A DNA stretch of 64,000 nucleotides, taken from sequence record NC_061451.1; one strand, 5' to 3'. Both the position numbers and the translations under genes were made by a program. Below are positions 10,441 through 19,133 of this stretch, piece by piece (position 1 is the stretch's first letter; each line of letters starts with the position of its first letter). The notes under the pieces were generated by a model. That model worked only from the letters and a program-made list of their open reading frames with translations. It was not told where the DNA came from and searched no databases.

Positions 10441-11027
10441 TGGATTTATCTTCTATCGGCTATGCAAACAAACCATTTCGCGTTATCCCTGTTACTTCTG
10501 GTAATATCGTAACTGATTTCATTGCCGGAAAGTTTCAGGTGATTGGCGTTGAGTGTAATGCTCGTGGTGCGTACGGCTCGCCGATTCAACAAAGCATTGC
10601 ACGCCGCTTCCCTGACGTGTTGCAGAAGATGAACGCGCTCGACTACGACCACCAGAACTTCATGGGCAGCACGTTGATGCATCCTGTGCAGACTCAGCAT
10701 CGTCGTCGTTTGTTTGTCGCTAACATGTTCCTTGCACGCGGCTTTGGGTTAGGCCAGAATCGCACTCAAAGTGAAGGTCCGATTAATCGTTTCAGTGAGC
10801 GACACTTGACGCAAGCCTTCGACAGTCTTGTTGATAGCTGTGCATCACTCAACATTAGTCTGGACCGCCAGATTGCTGTGCAGCGTTTCTACGGCGGTCT
10901 TGGTGGGGTATCTTGGGAAGAAGTATGTGAAGTGCTGGACGCTATTTGCGCCAAGCATAAATTCAACATGCTGGCTTATCTCCCTAAGAACTATAACTCT
11001 AACTTTGTGCGGGGTTCTGCGCAATAA
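10440..11027 (+). CDS. macrodomain-like protein (divergent)
   Basis: GNIVTDF, ECNARGAYGSPIQQSIARRFP, GGLGGVSWEEV match the macro pattern GDL..N..G.MG.GIA..FP / GCGLGGLDW. Confidence 0.65.
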   Translation: MDLSSIGYANKPFRVIPVTSGNIVTDFIAGKFQVIGVECNARGAYGSPIQQSIARRFPDVLQKMNALDYDHQNFMGSTLMHPVQTQHRRRLFVANMFLARGFGLGQNRTQSEGPINRFSERHLTQAFDSLVDSCASLNISLDRQIAVQRFYGGLGGVSWEEVCEVLDAICAKHKFNMLAYLPKNYNSNFVRGSAQ

Positions 11028-11042
11028 CTCTGGGGTGTATTG

Positions 11043-11375
11043 ATGAATACAATACGCGGTTTTGATTGGCTTTTTTATGAGGATGGCACCGACAGTGGCC
11101 AACACTCTGTTTTAAATATCGTCTGTGAACCACAGACTAAATCAATGCAGGTAGAAGTTCGAAAGGGATGCGCCGCACCTGTAATTCAAGCAATTCAGGA
11201 AAATGAAATCCTGTATGCTCAGACCGATGAAGGACTTTATCGAGTTCGTTATCGTTGTTCGTTTAAGCATCTTGCAGCGAACGCATTTCCTCCAGAGATG
11301 ACAGTGATCAAGTTGAAGTTGCTTGCACTCGACTTTCTTCCGGGCGTTACTACGCACGATAAACCTTTGGACTAA
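11043..11375 (+). CDS. hypothetical protein
   Basis: 110 aa ORF. Confidence 0.6.
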   Translation: MNTIRGFDWLFYEDGTDSGQHSVLNIVCEPQTKSMQVEVRKGCAAPVIQAIQENEILYAQTDEGLYRVRYRCSFKHLAANAFPPEMTVIKLKLLALDFLPGVTTHDKPLD

Positions 11376-11380
11376 CCGCC

Positions 11381-12103
11381 ATGATTACAGCGAAACACAT
11401 TGAAAGCCGTTTAAGAACAATAGACTATACCAAGCCTAATCCTGATCGGGAAATGCTTGTGGCGCTTGTGTCTGATGGACGTTCTCGTATTTTGAAGACA
11501 GCACAGATCGATGGTCTGTGTCCGCTGTCTGATAAGTATTTTGAGTTCTGCCTCAGCCAGGTCGGCTCTTTCTGCACGGCAGGTTACAACGCTGTGGAGA
11601 TTGCAATGTCTATCGGTGTTCAGCCTATCTATGTCGCAGCGCATATCCATCTGCATGGCTGCGATTGGGCACACAGACTTTTAGGCTTGAAGCGATTTGC
11701 TGCGCTTGCCCGTGGTCCACATACTGTGTGGTCATCAGGTGAAGCGTGGTTCGCTTTGGGTGAATGCCAGCGTCGCTCTAAGCTGCACTATGGCACTTCA
11801 AGCGGGCAGGAAGCACTGCGCAAAGCAATCCAAAAAGCAGAGATGCCTTATGTGCTTGCTGCCGCTGTCACACATCCCCATCGTCTCATGAGCATTCTCC
11901 GTCCGCGTGATGGTCTGTTGTATCGTGACCCACGTATCGAGAAGACGCTGAAACAACGTGAGAAAGCCGCTGCTGATGCAAAGGCGGAAGGCCGTTCTGT
12001 GCTAACGACTGAGAAGCGTAGCGAGTACGGCGACATGGGCAAGTTGTTTAACGGTCATCTGTCTCGTGCTGACAAGACAGGTAACCCTCGCGTAACTGAA
12101 TAA
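11381..12103 (+). CDS. hypothetical protein
   Basis: 240 aa ORF. Confidence 0.7.
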   Translation: MITAKHIESRLRTIDYTKPNPDREMLVALVSDGRSRILKTAQIDGLCPLSDKYFEFCLSQVGSFCTAGYNAVEIAMSIGVQPIYVAAHIHLHGCDWAHRLLGLKRFAALARGPHTVWSSGEAWFALGECQRRSKLHYGTSSGQEALRKAIQKAEMPYVLAAAVTHPHRLMSILRPRDGLLYRDPRIEKTLKQREKAAADAKAEGRSVLTTEKRSEYGDMGKLFNGHLSRADKTGNPRVTE

Positions 12104-12114
12104 GGAAACTTATC

Positions 12115-12495
12115 GTGGACAAGAATGAAATCACGCTGTTGATTGATAGCCTGAACGGAAATCGCAATTTCCCAATCGATCCGGAAGCTGCAATAGGCAT
12201 GACCCTTGAACAGTTCATCAAAACCAATGGGAACTTTGTGTTTCTCATGAATGATGCGCTCGTCCGTGACATGGTAAGCAAGCAGCATGAGTACGATCCA
12301 AACTTCGTACCGGCTACTACTCTCGACGAGATCAACAACGGTCTTATGGGAACTTTCCACGGTGTCAATGTGTACAGCACTTGGGTGTATCGTGCTCCTG
12401 GTGATCTGCCTGCGGACGCGAAGCCTCGTTTCGGTATGTATCGCGCCGACCTAAAACAAATCTTCCCGTTGACTAAACATTTTATCGTAAAGTAA
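12115..12495 (+). CDS. hypothetical protein, possible capsid-like fragment
   Basis: AAGGA RBS, GTG start; FVPATTLDEINNGLMGTFHGVNVYS. Confidence 0.6.
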   Translation: MDKNEITLLIDSLNGNRNFPIDPEAAIGMTLEQFIKTNGNFVFLMNDALVRDMVSKQHEYDPNFVPATTLDEINNGLMGTFHGVNVYSTWVYRAPGDLPADAKPRFGMYRADLKQIFPLTKHFIVK

Positions 12496-12546
12496 AACTG
12501 TTTACGGTAATTTCTGAAGGTCAATCAGAATAACGGAATCCTCATC

Positions 12547-13317
12547 ATGAGCAATATCGATACCACAATGCCTGAAGGCAAATGGGAGTTCAACGAGTCG
12601 GTTGCTTGCGTGTTTGATAACATGCTGCAAAACTCCATCCCATCTTATGGCCGTATGCGTGACCTGACGTACCGTCTGGGTCGTCGCTTCGTAACTCCCG
12701 GTTCAGCTATCGTTGATCTCGGTGCTTCACTCGGCCGAGCTATCGAGCCGTTTGCAAAAGAGTTCGGCAAGTATGACTATCATCATGCTGCGGACGCGCC
12801 GGGCGAAGACTACGAAACAGGCAATCACTATAGCCTGTATGAAGTAGCTCCTGCTATGCGCGAACGTCTGGTGCAGAATGAAGTGCTCAACTCAGTGAAT
12901 GCCAAACTGGAAAGTGAATCGCTGGTAGATACTGACACGTTTATGTTCGACGGTCAGGTGCATTGCTCGTTGATTCTGAGTGTGCTAACTCTCCAGTTCA
13001 CGCCGATTGAACATCGTCAACACATTCTGGAGAACGTGTACAACTCGCTGCAACCAGGCGGCGCATTCATCCTCGTTGAGAAGGTGTTAGGTGATAACAA
13101 CTATCTCGACAAAATGCTGGTGGACACCTACTACCAGATGAAGGGCGGTAACGGTTACAGCGCCGAGTCGATTGCGACTAAACGTAAGTCACTGGAAGGC
13201 GTACTCGTTCCTGTTAAAGCAGCATGGAACGAAGAACTGTTGCGTAAAGCAGGCTTCGGTCAGGTAGAAAGTTTCTATCGTGACCTGAACTTCGCAGGAT
13301 GGATTGCTATTAAGTAA
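12547..13317 (+). CDS. cmoA: CmoA-like carboxy-S-adenosylmethionine synthase
   Basis: WEFNESVACVFDNMLQNSIPSY, VDLGASLG, TLQF, PGGAFILVEK, NGYS...KRKSL (Arg199 equivalent at 13183-13185), AGF...F..LNF, collinear with E. coli CmoA as recalled. Confidence 0.9.
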   Translation: MSNIDTTMPEGKWEFNESVACVFDNMLQNSIPSYGRMRDLTYRLGRRFVTPGSAIVDLGASLGRAIEPFAKEFGKYDYHHAADAPGEDYETGNHYSLYEVAPAMRERLVQNEVLNSVNAKLESESLVDTDTFMFDGQVHCSLILSVLTLQFTPIEHRQHILENVYNSLQPGGAFILVEKVLGDNNYLDKMLVDTYYQMKGGNGYSAESIATKRKSLEGVLVPVKAAWNEELLRKAGFGQVESFYRDLNFAGWIAIK

Positions 13318-13326
13318 GGAAATACT

Positions 13327-14589
13327 ATGAAATTAAACGGGCGTATCTTAGCTATCGTCCCACACAAGACAATGCAAGACCGTACCAAGTCGGGTGTGGG
13401 TTCGTACATTGATGGGCTAGAGGCATACGGCTTCTGCGACTTTATCACAGACGGAGAGAACAGCTCCGTTACGAAAAGTCAGTGGTTCACTTATGGTGAC
13501 ACTACTCTCAGTGACGGTTATAAGATAGGGCATATCCAGAGCGAGTTGCTGATTGCACTTGAGCGCCTCCCATACCGTGCGATTATTTGCAGCACGTATG
13601 AGGCGATTGAAGCCTGTGTGTCTCTGGGACTGCCAAAGATTATGCCCGTTTACTATCGCACGCACAACAGCTTTTTGCTCACACAAGATCTCAAGGGTCT
13701 TGGTGCAGAGAAGATCCATCGTGCGTTGTTGCAAGCACGCGTCACAGGGCTGCGCATACTTGCTAACTGTGATTCGACTGCGATCAATCTTACTGAGCGC
13801 TATAAGACGCCAGCACACGTTGCCTACAACTCGTTCTCGGTGCCTGACTACAACCCACCAGCTCGGCGTTCTCCGCAACTGTTGATTATCTGTCGCTATG
13901 AGAAGGTCAAGCGCACGTTGTTTGCTGCGCGTATTGCTGCTGCATCAGGACTACCCGTTCGTGTTATGACAGGCAGTGATCGTCAAGCACGCAATTGGGA
14001 GAAAGAGCTGGCTGAGGCGGGCGTCAAAGAGTATACGGTCGTCAGTGGCCTTAGCGGCAAACAGAAACTCGAATTTATAGGCGCTTGCACCGTAGCCCTT
14101 TCTACTGCGAGCGTTGAATCATTTGCTAATGGTGTGCGTGAGTCTATCCCCTACTGTCCTACCTTTATCGTGCAAACATCCAAGTACGATTGGGCTAAGG
14201 ACTATACGCGCTTCTGTACCGCCGACAAGCATGTTCATATCAGAACTGTTGATCGCGTATCGGACCAAGCCGTAGCTGAAATCGGAAGTGAGATAGCGCA
14301 AACAGCTACCACTCGTTATCTGACAGGACCTCAGCGTAAGCAGCTACTGACTGCTTGGGCAAAGCAAGTTGATCGTGGTTGGTCCGACTTTGTTCAGAAG
14401 GCTGTTGTTGACGATGACGGCAAGCCGCTGCGCACCGAGCTGTATCAAGAACTGATCGACAAGTCAGAGATCGATTGGTCACAGACGCCCACGCTGATGC
14501 GTACTGTAAATGCGTTACATAAATGCCACGCTCGTTTGGGCCTGACATTTGATGGCACTAAAATCAAATATAAGAGGAAGCGCAAATGA
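13327..14589 (+). CDS. GT-B (GT4-like) glycosyltransferase
   Basis: SGVGSY N-terminal loop, CRYEKVKR, E-x7-E motif ESFANGVRE. Confidence 0.75.
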   Translation: MKLNGRILAIVPHKTMQDRTKSGVGSYIDGLEAYGFCDFITDGENSSVTKSQWFTYGDTTLSDGYKIGHIQSELLIALERLPYRAIICSTYEAIEACVSLGLPKIMPVYYRTHNSFLLTQDLKGLGAEKIHRALLQARVTGLRILANCDSTAINLTERYKTPAHVAYNSFSVPDYNPPARRSPQLLIICRYEKVKRTLFAARIAAASGLPVRVMTGSDRQARNWEKELAEAGVKEYTVVSGLSGKQKLEFIGACTVALSTASVESFANGVRESIPYCPTFIVQTSKYDWAKDYTRFCTADKHVHIRTVDRVSDQAVAEIGSEIAQTATTRYLTGPQRKQLLTAWAKQVDRGWSDFVQKAVVDDDGKPLRTELYQELIDKSEIDWSQTPTLMRTVNALHKCHARLGLTFDGTKIKYKRKRK

Positions 14590-15662
14590 GTGTTATCGGT
14601 GATATTTATAACATCCCACAACCGTTCGCAATGTATGTCGGGAATTGTGAGACGCGTGCTCAAGCCAAAGTTGCTGCTGGCACAATCGAGTGGGCGCCAG
14701 AGAAAGTGTGCTGCACCGTAGATGATGGTAACAACCTGTTCCCTAACGTACCTTCAATCAACCCTGCTGACGTGCATAAGACAGATGCAGAAACTTTAGT
14801 GATTGGCTGTGCACCTTTCGGCGGCCGCATTGACGAGCACATGGACAAAGCTATTCGTAGCGCTATCTATCGTGGCCGCAACATCGCTGCTGCTATGCAT
14901 ACGCGCCTGGCGGATAATCCTGAATACGTTGAGCTGGCTGATCGCTACAACGTCAAGCTGTATGACTTCCGCCATCGTCCTGATGCGTACCCACTCGGTA
15001 CTGGTGAGAAGCGTAGCGGTCTGCGTCTGTTAACTGTCGGTACTGATAGCTCATGCGGTAAGAAGTTTACCACGCTGTCTCTGTATCGTGAACTCAAAGC
15101 TATTCATGAAGCCACTACGTTCTGCTCTACTGGCCAGACGGGTTTCTTGATTAGCGGTTGCGGTATCAACAACGACACGATTGTTGCCGACTTCCTTGCT
15201 GGTGCCGCTGAATCACTTTCGCCTGATGGTCCTGCTGATCATGTTTATCTGATTGAGGGTCAAGGCGCTATCACGCACCCAGCATACACAGGCGGCAGTA
15301 TGAGTCTGATTGCTGGCTCGCAGCCTGATCATCTCATCCTGTGTCACGCATGGAACCGTCAGAATCAGTTGGGCGTTAAGCGTAAGCCTGACCTTGATTT
15401 CGAGATGCGTGCTAACATTGAAGCGGCACGTATTCACGGTCTCAACCCGACTTACATCGGTATCAGCATTAACTTCTCTGAGTGCGACCTCACCGCCGAT
15501 GAGCAAGATAAAATCCTGTACCAACTCGCATCAACGTATGAGATTCCCGTGTTCGACCCATCACAGGACACTTCTGTGTTGCGCGATCTCGCTCGTATGT
15601 TAGCAACTAAAGCCAAAGCAAGGAGCCTCGATGGCCAAGCATCAACTGCGCAAGCTGTTTGA
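14586..15662 (+). CDS. DUF1611 family protein (DgcN-like)
   Basis: LVIGCAPFGG, LLTVGTDSSCGKKFT, STGQTG, IEGQGAITHPAY, GSQPDHLILCH. Confidence 0.88.
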   Translation: MSVIGDIYNIPQPFAMYVGNCETRAQAKVAAGTIEWAPEKVCCTVDDGNNLFPNVPSINPADVHKTDAETLVIGCAPFGGRIDEHMDKAIRSAIYRGRNIAAAMHTRLADNPEYVELADRYNVKLYDFRHRPDAYPLGTGEKRSGLRLLTVGTDSSCGKKFTTLSLYRELKAIHEATTFCSTGQTGFLISGCGINNDTIVADFLAGAAESLSPDGPADHVYLIEGQGAITHPAYTGGSMSLIAGSQPDHLILCHAWNRQNQLGVKRKPDLDFEMRANIEAARIHGLNPTYIGISINFSECDLTADEQDKILYQLASTYEIPVFDPSQDTSVLRDLARMLATKAKARSLDGQASTAQAV

Positions 15663-16506
15663 ACAGCATGTGAAAAAAGAAGTGAAAGCAGACAAGGTAG
15701 CTGTGCTGCTTTCATCTGGCCTCGATGGTTTGGTCAGTGCGTTAGCTGCACACGACCTGGGCAAGAAGGTACATGCCTTCACATTCCAAATGGGTGACAA
15801 CCCTAGCTTTGACAGTCGCCACGCACAGGTCGTTGCACAGAAGATGGGATGGGAGTTCACTCTCGTTAAAGTTCCCACCAGCGTGTCTGCTATCGCGTTA
15901 GCGTGGCGCGTGCTACACTCCAAGTATCGCTGCATCAAGAAGCGTGACTATGAATGTGCGTACCCTATGGTCTATTGCTACAAGGCAATCAAAGACGCTG
16001 GGTATAAGTATGTGTTAAGCGGGCTGGTGGCCGATGGCTACTTCCTGTATAACCGTAACACGCACATTCAGAAAATCAGCGGCCCGCACTCTGACGCTCA
16101 GAAGTATCATGAGTTCCGTACTCAATACTTTAGTCCGTGGCTTAAACACGGTAAGAAGTCTCTGGGCGTTGACGGGTACAACCCGAGCGGTATGTTGCAG
16201 CATGAAATGTTGTGCGATAACTTCGGCCTGATTCACGTTAACCCGTGGATGCAGAACAAGGTGTTTGACTACTTCATCAAATACACTTGGCAGGAGCTGA
16301 ATCAGCCTAAGCAGAAGATGCCACTAACCGAAGCGTGGGCAGAACACATTGCTCTTGTTGGTCATCGCCCACACAGGGGCTATCAGACAGAAGCCAAAGT
16401 GCCTGAATACTTTGAGCATCTGATCGATAACCCTGAGATTAACTTTAACGGGCGCAAGCGCATCATGGACGTGGCACGCGACTGGTCCAAACGAGAGCCT
16501 GAATAA
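15631..16506 (+). CDS. AsnB-synthetase-domain ATP-dependent amide ligase lacking a glutaminase domain (CmoY-like)
   Basis: PP-loop LLSSGLDG, VLSGLVADGYF (AsnB VLSGEGADE), P..K..L; only 291 aa. Confidence 0.75.
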   Translation: MAKHQLRKLFEQHVKKEVKADKVAVLLSSGLDGLVSALAAHDLGKKVHAFTFQMGDNPSFDSRHAQVVAQKMGWEFTLVKVPTSVSAIALAWRVLHSKYRCIKKRDYECAYPMVYCYKAIKDAGYKYVLSGLVADGYFLYNRNTHIQKISGPHSDAQKYHEFRTQYFSPWLKHGKKSLGVDGYNPSGMLQHEMLCDNFGLIHVNPWMQNKVFDYFIKYTWQELNQPKQKMPLTEAWAEHIALVGHRPHRGYQTEAKVPEYFEHLIDNPEINFNGRKRIMDVARDWSKREPE

Positions 16507-16761
16507 ATGCATCCTGTTATCACAGACTTTCTTGGTCCTATCGTTAAGCGGCTGGGCTTATTCACTGCTATATTCGGTTTTGTCGGCGTGCTGCTGTCTG
16601 TGATCGCAGTGCTTGTGTGCCGCCCAGAAGTCCTTCAATACGAATACGATACTGTAAATAGACTTCGTACTGAGGGTATTGTATTCTTGGGTAAAGGCGT
16701 TCTTGTTTACATCGTAGGCGAGATACTTGAAGGCACGTTCAAGTGGAGAAAAGATGATTAA
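16507..16761 (+). CDS. small membrane protein
   Basis: Two hydrophobic segments. Confidence 0.6.
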   Translation: MHPVITDFLGPIVKRLGLFTAIFGFVGVLLSVIAVLVCRPEVLQYEYDTVNRLRTEGIVFLGKGVLVYIVGEILEGTFKWRKDD

Positions 16762-17017
16762 CAAATTCGTGATGAAGAAGACTCCATCCATTGAAGCCTG
16801 TCAGTGGAACGGAGAGAACAAGGAAGAGATTGAAGCCTTCCTTGGCAATAACGGATTCGTTGTTGGGCGTTACGTGCAGATTGGTGTTCTGGATAAATAT
16901 CAGAAGCCAACCATTGCTAACGTAAGCGTGGGCAACTATGTGATCAAGCGTGATGATGGTAAGTTCTATGCCATTACTGCGCAAGATCTGTTTGAGAATT
17001 ATGTATTAGCAGATTGA
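16754..17017 (+). CDS. conserved phage hypothetical protein
   Basis: IEACQWNGEN...VGNYVIKRDDGKFY...F...Y pattern typical of a common small phage family. Confidence 0.7.
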   Translation: MINKFVMKKTPSIEACQWNGENKEEIEAFLGNNGFVVGRYVQIGVLDKYQKPTIANVSVGNYVIKRDDGKFYAITAQDLFENYVLAD

Positions 17018-17024
17018 GGCCATA

Positions 17025-17477
17025 ATGAATCTGTTTTCTATTTTAAAACAGCAAGTGAAGAAATCCCTGACGACCGAAGCAACACTTGAACCAGAAGTGC
17101 GCAAACACTTTGACTGGCGTTTCAGTGTTGACGTCAAGGGCATGATGTACATTGTAGGCAAGACGGGCGCTAACACCTGCTTCTATCTTGAGCCAGGTCA
17201 CGTTGAGCCTACTGCCTGCTACCCTGATGAACTTCTTGCGAAGATCGATAGCTGGGGCGCTGCGAAGTATGTGTCCTACGCTGTCTATTTCAAGAAGTTC
17301 ACCAGTCCTGTAGCTGAAAACATCAAGACGCTTGAGCAAGCCAAGACAGGCAAGCCTAAAGCGTTTAAGAAAGGCTACTTTATCTGTGGCGTAACACCGA
17401 AAGGTAAGCGCGTCAAACTGTGTCGTCTACACAACAGCCTGAGCGGTATGCAGTGGGTTGATGTAGACCAGAAGTAA
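17025..17477 (+). CDS. hypothetical protein
   Basis: GAGG RBS, 150 aa. Confidence 0.7.
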   Translation: MNLFSILKQQVKKSLTTEATLEPEVRKHFDWRFSVDVKGMMYIVGKTGANTCFYLEPGHVEPTACYPDELLAKIDSWGAAKYVSYAVYFKKFTSPVAENIKTLEQAKTGKPKAFKKGYFICGVTPKGKRVKLCRLHNSLSGMQWVDVDQK

Positions 17478-17491
17478 AACAAGGAGCTTAT

Positions 17492-17812
17492 ATGATTAGC
17501 GACATTGACATTGGCCATTATTATAGTTCTGCGAGCGGTATACCGTTTCGCGTAAAAGAACGTGCAGCACACGGACAAGATTGTTCTCTGTCGATGATCG
17601 TATTTGAGAACGTGGAGGCAACTAAGGATTACCCTGTTGGTCAAACTTGGGTGCTTCCAGAATCTCTGTTCGTGAAACAGTATTCCGAATTTACGGAAGG
17701 AAAGTATCATGAACGAAACAACGCTCTTAGAGCATCTGAAAACAAGACACTGGCAACCAGAGAAGCATTTCGGGTGGCTTTCGCCGAAGACCCTGACAGT
17801 GCCACTGTATAG
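17492..17812 (+). CDS. DUF1653-like SH3-fold protein
   Basis: IGHYY...FRV...AAHGQDCSLSMIVF...WVLP..LF. Confidence 0.55.
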   Translation: MISDIDIGHYYSSASGIPFRVKERAAHGQDCSLSMIVFENVEATKDYPVGQTWVLPESLFVKQYSEFTEGKYHERNNALRASENKTLATREAFRVAFAEDPDSATV

Positions 17813-18225
17813 CTTTGACCGACAGATGAGAGGCGTTCAAGTCTATACGCCTAGCGCACCGAAGAAAGACCCGAACCCCAAAGCGTGTCGTTACTTCACT
17901 CGCGTGTTCGGTGGCAAACAGTTGGTGTGGGGAACGGAAATTAGACCTATACGGGCCGACCGTTTTCTTAACTGAGTCTGTGTTCAAAGCGTGTGCGCTA
18001 CATCGTCTCGGTCTCAATTCGTGGTCTGTTTTAGGCTCGAACGTGAGTGACTATTTATACCACCAGCTTAGTCTTCTTGACCTGCGTTTTGTTTGTCTAG
18101 GTGATGCGGATAAAGCTGGTGAGGAGTTCAGTCAGACGTTTGGTCGTGGTGCTGTTAGTGCCGACTTGGACGAGATGACTGATGAGCAGTTACTCGATTT
18201 AACTCTACCACTATTAAGGAAATAG
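17709..18225 (+). pseudogene. Toprim-domain primase-like gene split by a +1 frameshift near 17940
   Basis: Frame A ends QLVWGTE; frame B continues LDLYGPTVFLTESVFKA...GDADKAG (Toprim E and DxD) and has no good start of its own. Confidence 0.7.
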
Positions 18226-18226
18226 G

Positions 18227-18655
18227 ATGGAACATAAAGTTGTCGTGCGTATTCTCGGACCTGTTGGCAGCGGTAAGTCTTCTGTTTACGCCAAGCTCGT
18301 TAAAGGTCTGACTGATACTGGCGCTATCATCAAACACGCAGATGAGCAAGCGTGGAATATGCTGAATAACAGCGGTGAGGTAACTTCGGCCGACACGGTT
18401 CTCGATGAGTTTCGCACCGAAGTTACCTTCGAAGAAGTTGTGATTCGTGACGACTACACCAAGTCTAAGAATCAGATCATGCAGTTCTTCGCGTACTCGC
18501 ATCTGCCGCCTAACTTGCAAGCGATCAGTAAACCGATTGCGTTGCTCGCTCAGGAGATGGACCAGAATCTGCCTGATGGTGCTGAGAAAGCCGCTGGTCT
18601 GCGTAAGCTGCTTGAAGCGAAAGACTGTCTGGTTCGTGCGCTGGTAGCCAAGTAA
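18227..18655 (+). CDS. P-loop fragment fused to an Acb2/Tad1-like helical hairpin
   Basis: GPVGSGKS; C-terminal FFAYSHLPPNLQ..SKP...EKAAGLRKLLEAKDCLVRA. Confidence 0.6.
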   Translation: MEHKVVVRILGPVGSGKSSVYAKLVKGLTDTGAIIKHADEQAWNMLNNSGEVTSADTVLDEFRTEVTFEEVVIRDDYTKSKNQIMQFFAYSHLPPNLQAISKPIALLAQEMDQNLPDGAEKAAGLRKLLEAKDCLVRALVAK

Positions 18656-18669
18656 CTCGGAGAGCAAAC

Positions 18670-19059
18670 ATGCCTAATTTTATTCGCCCTCCTTCATTAC
18701 TCAAGTCAGTGCCTACGTCGTCAACTGTAGAAGCAACTGACATTTTCGCATCACTCGCACCTATCAACAACGTAATTAACCTAAGTGCCGCTCAAGCTCT
18801 GCGCCGTGAGCAAATCGGTGCTGGTCATGTTGAGCAGTTCTCTGAGGCTATTGGTCTGCATCCAGAAGACCCTGCTCCTGAAAATGATCTTGTCAGCGTT
18901 CCAGCGATCACTTTCTCATTTGAAGGAGATGCATGTGAGACCTGGTATTTCTGCGGACCTGAACGTACTCTAGCTGAATGGTCTGTAGTGCGTGATGCCG
19001 TTGAACAATCTTTTGTTGATAATTCATACCATCATGATATGAACTTCGAAATCAACTAA
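18670..19059 (+). CDS. hypothetical protein
   Basis: GGAGA RBS, 129 aa. Confidence 0.7.
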   Translation: MPNFIRPPSLLKSVPTSSTVEATDIFASLAPINNVINLSAAQALRREQIGAGHVEQFSEAIGLHPEDPAPENDLVSVPAITFSFEGDACETWYFCGPERTLAEWSVVRDAVEQSFVDNSYHHDMNFEIN

Positions 19060-19065
19060 CAACAC

Positions 19066-19091
19066 AAAGGGTGGCTTCGGCTGCCCTTTTT
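19066..19091 (+). terminator. intrinsic terminator
   Basis: AAAGGGTGGC-TTCG-GCTGCCCTTTTT. Confidence 0.85.
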
Positions 19092-19095
19092 CGAT

Positions 19096-19103
19096 CTGTA
19101 AAT
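19096..19103 (+). promoter_or_regulatory. candidate phage promoter CTGTAAAT (one of at least 13 copies)
   Basis: Intergenic, directly after the terminator and 31 nt before an ATG. Confidence 0.6.
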
Positions 19104-19133
19104 AACTCGTATAACATCTAACGAGAAGCTACC

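Noticed and set aside
12547-13317. CmoA homolog as a tRNA cmo5U pathway gene or generic methyltransferase
   Set aside because: No CmoB or tRNA genes in the window, and an Arg-variant C5 transferase offers a better consumer. Not excluded for the rest of the genome.
15631-16506. Asparagine synthetase or QueC (7-deazaguanine pathway)
   Set aside because: No glutaminase domain, no QueC Zn-binding Cys cluster, and no QueD/QueE/FolE/DpdA in the window.
18227-18655. Nucleotide kinase
   Set aside because: Only about 80 aa follow the Walker A before an unrelated hairpin; too short for a complete kinase.
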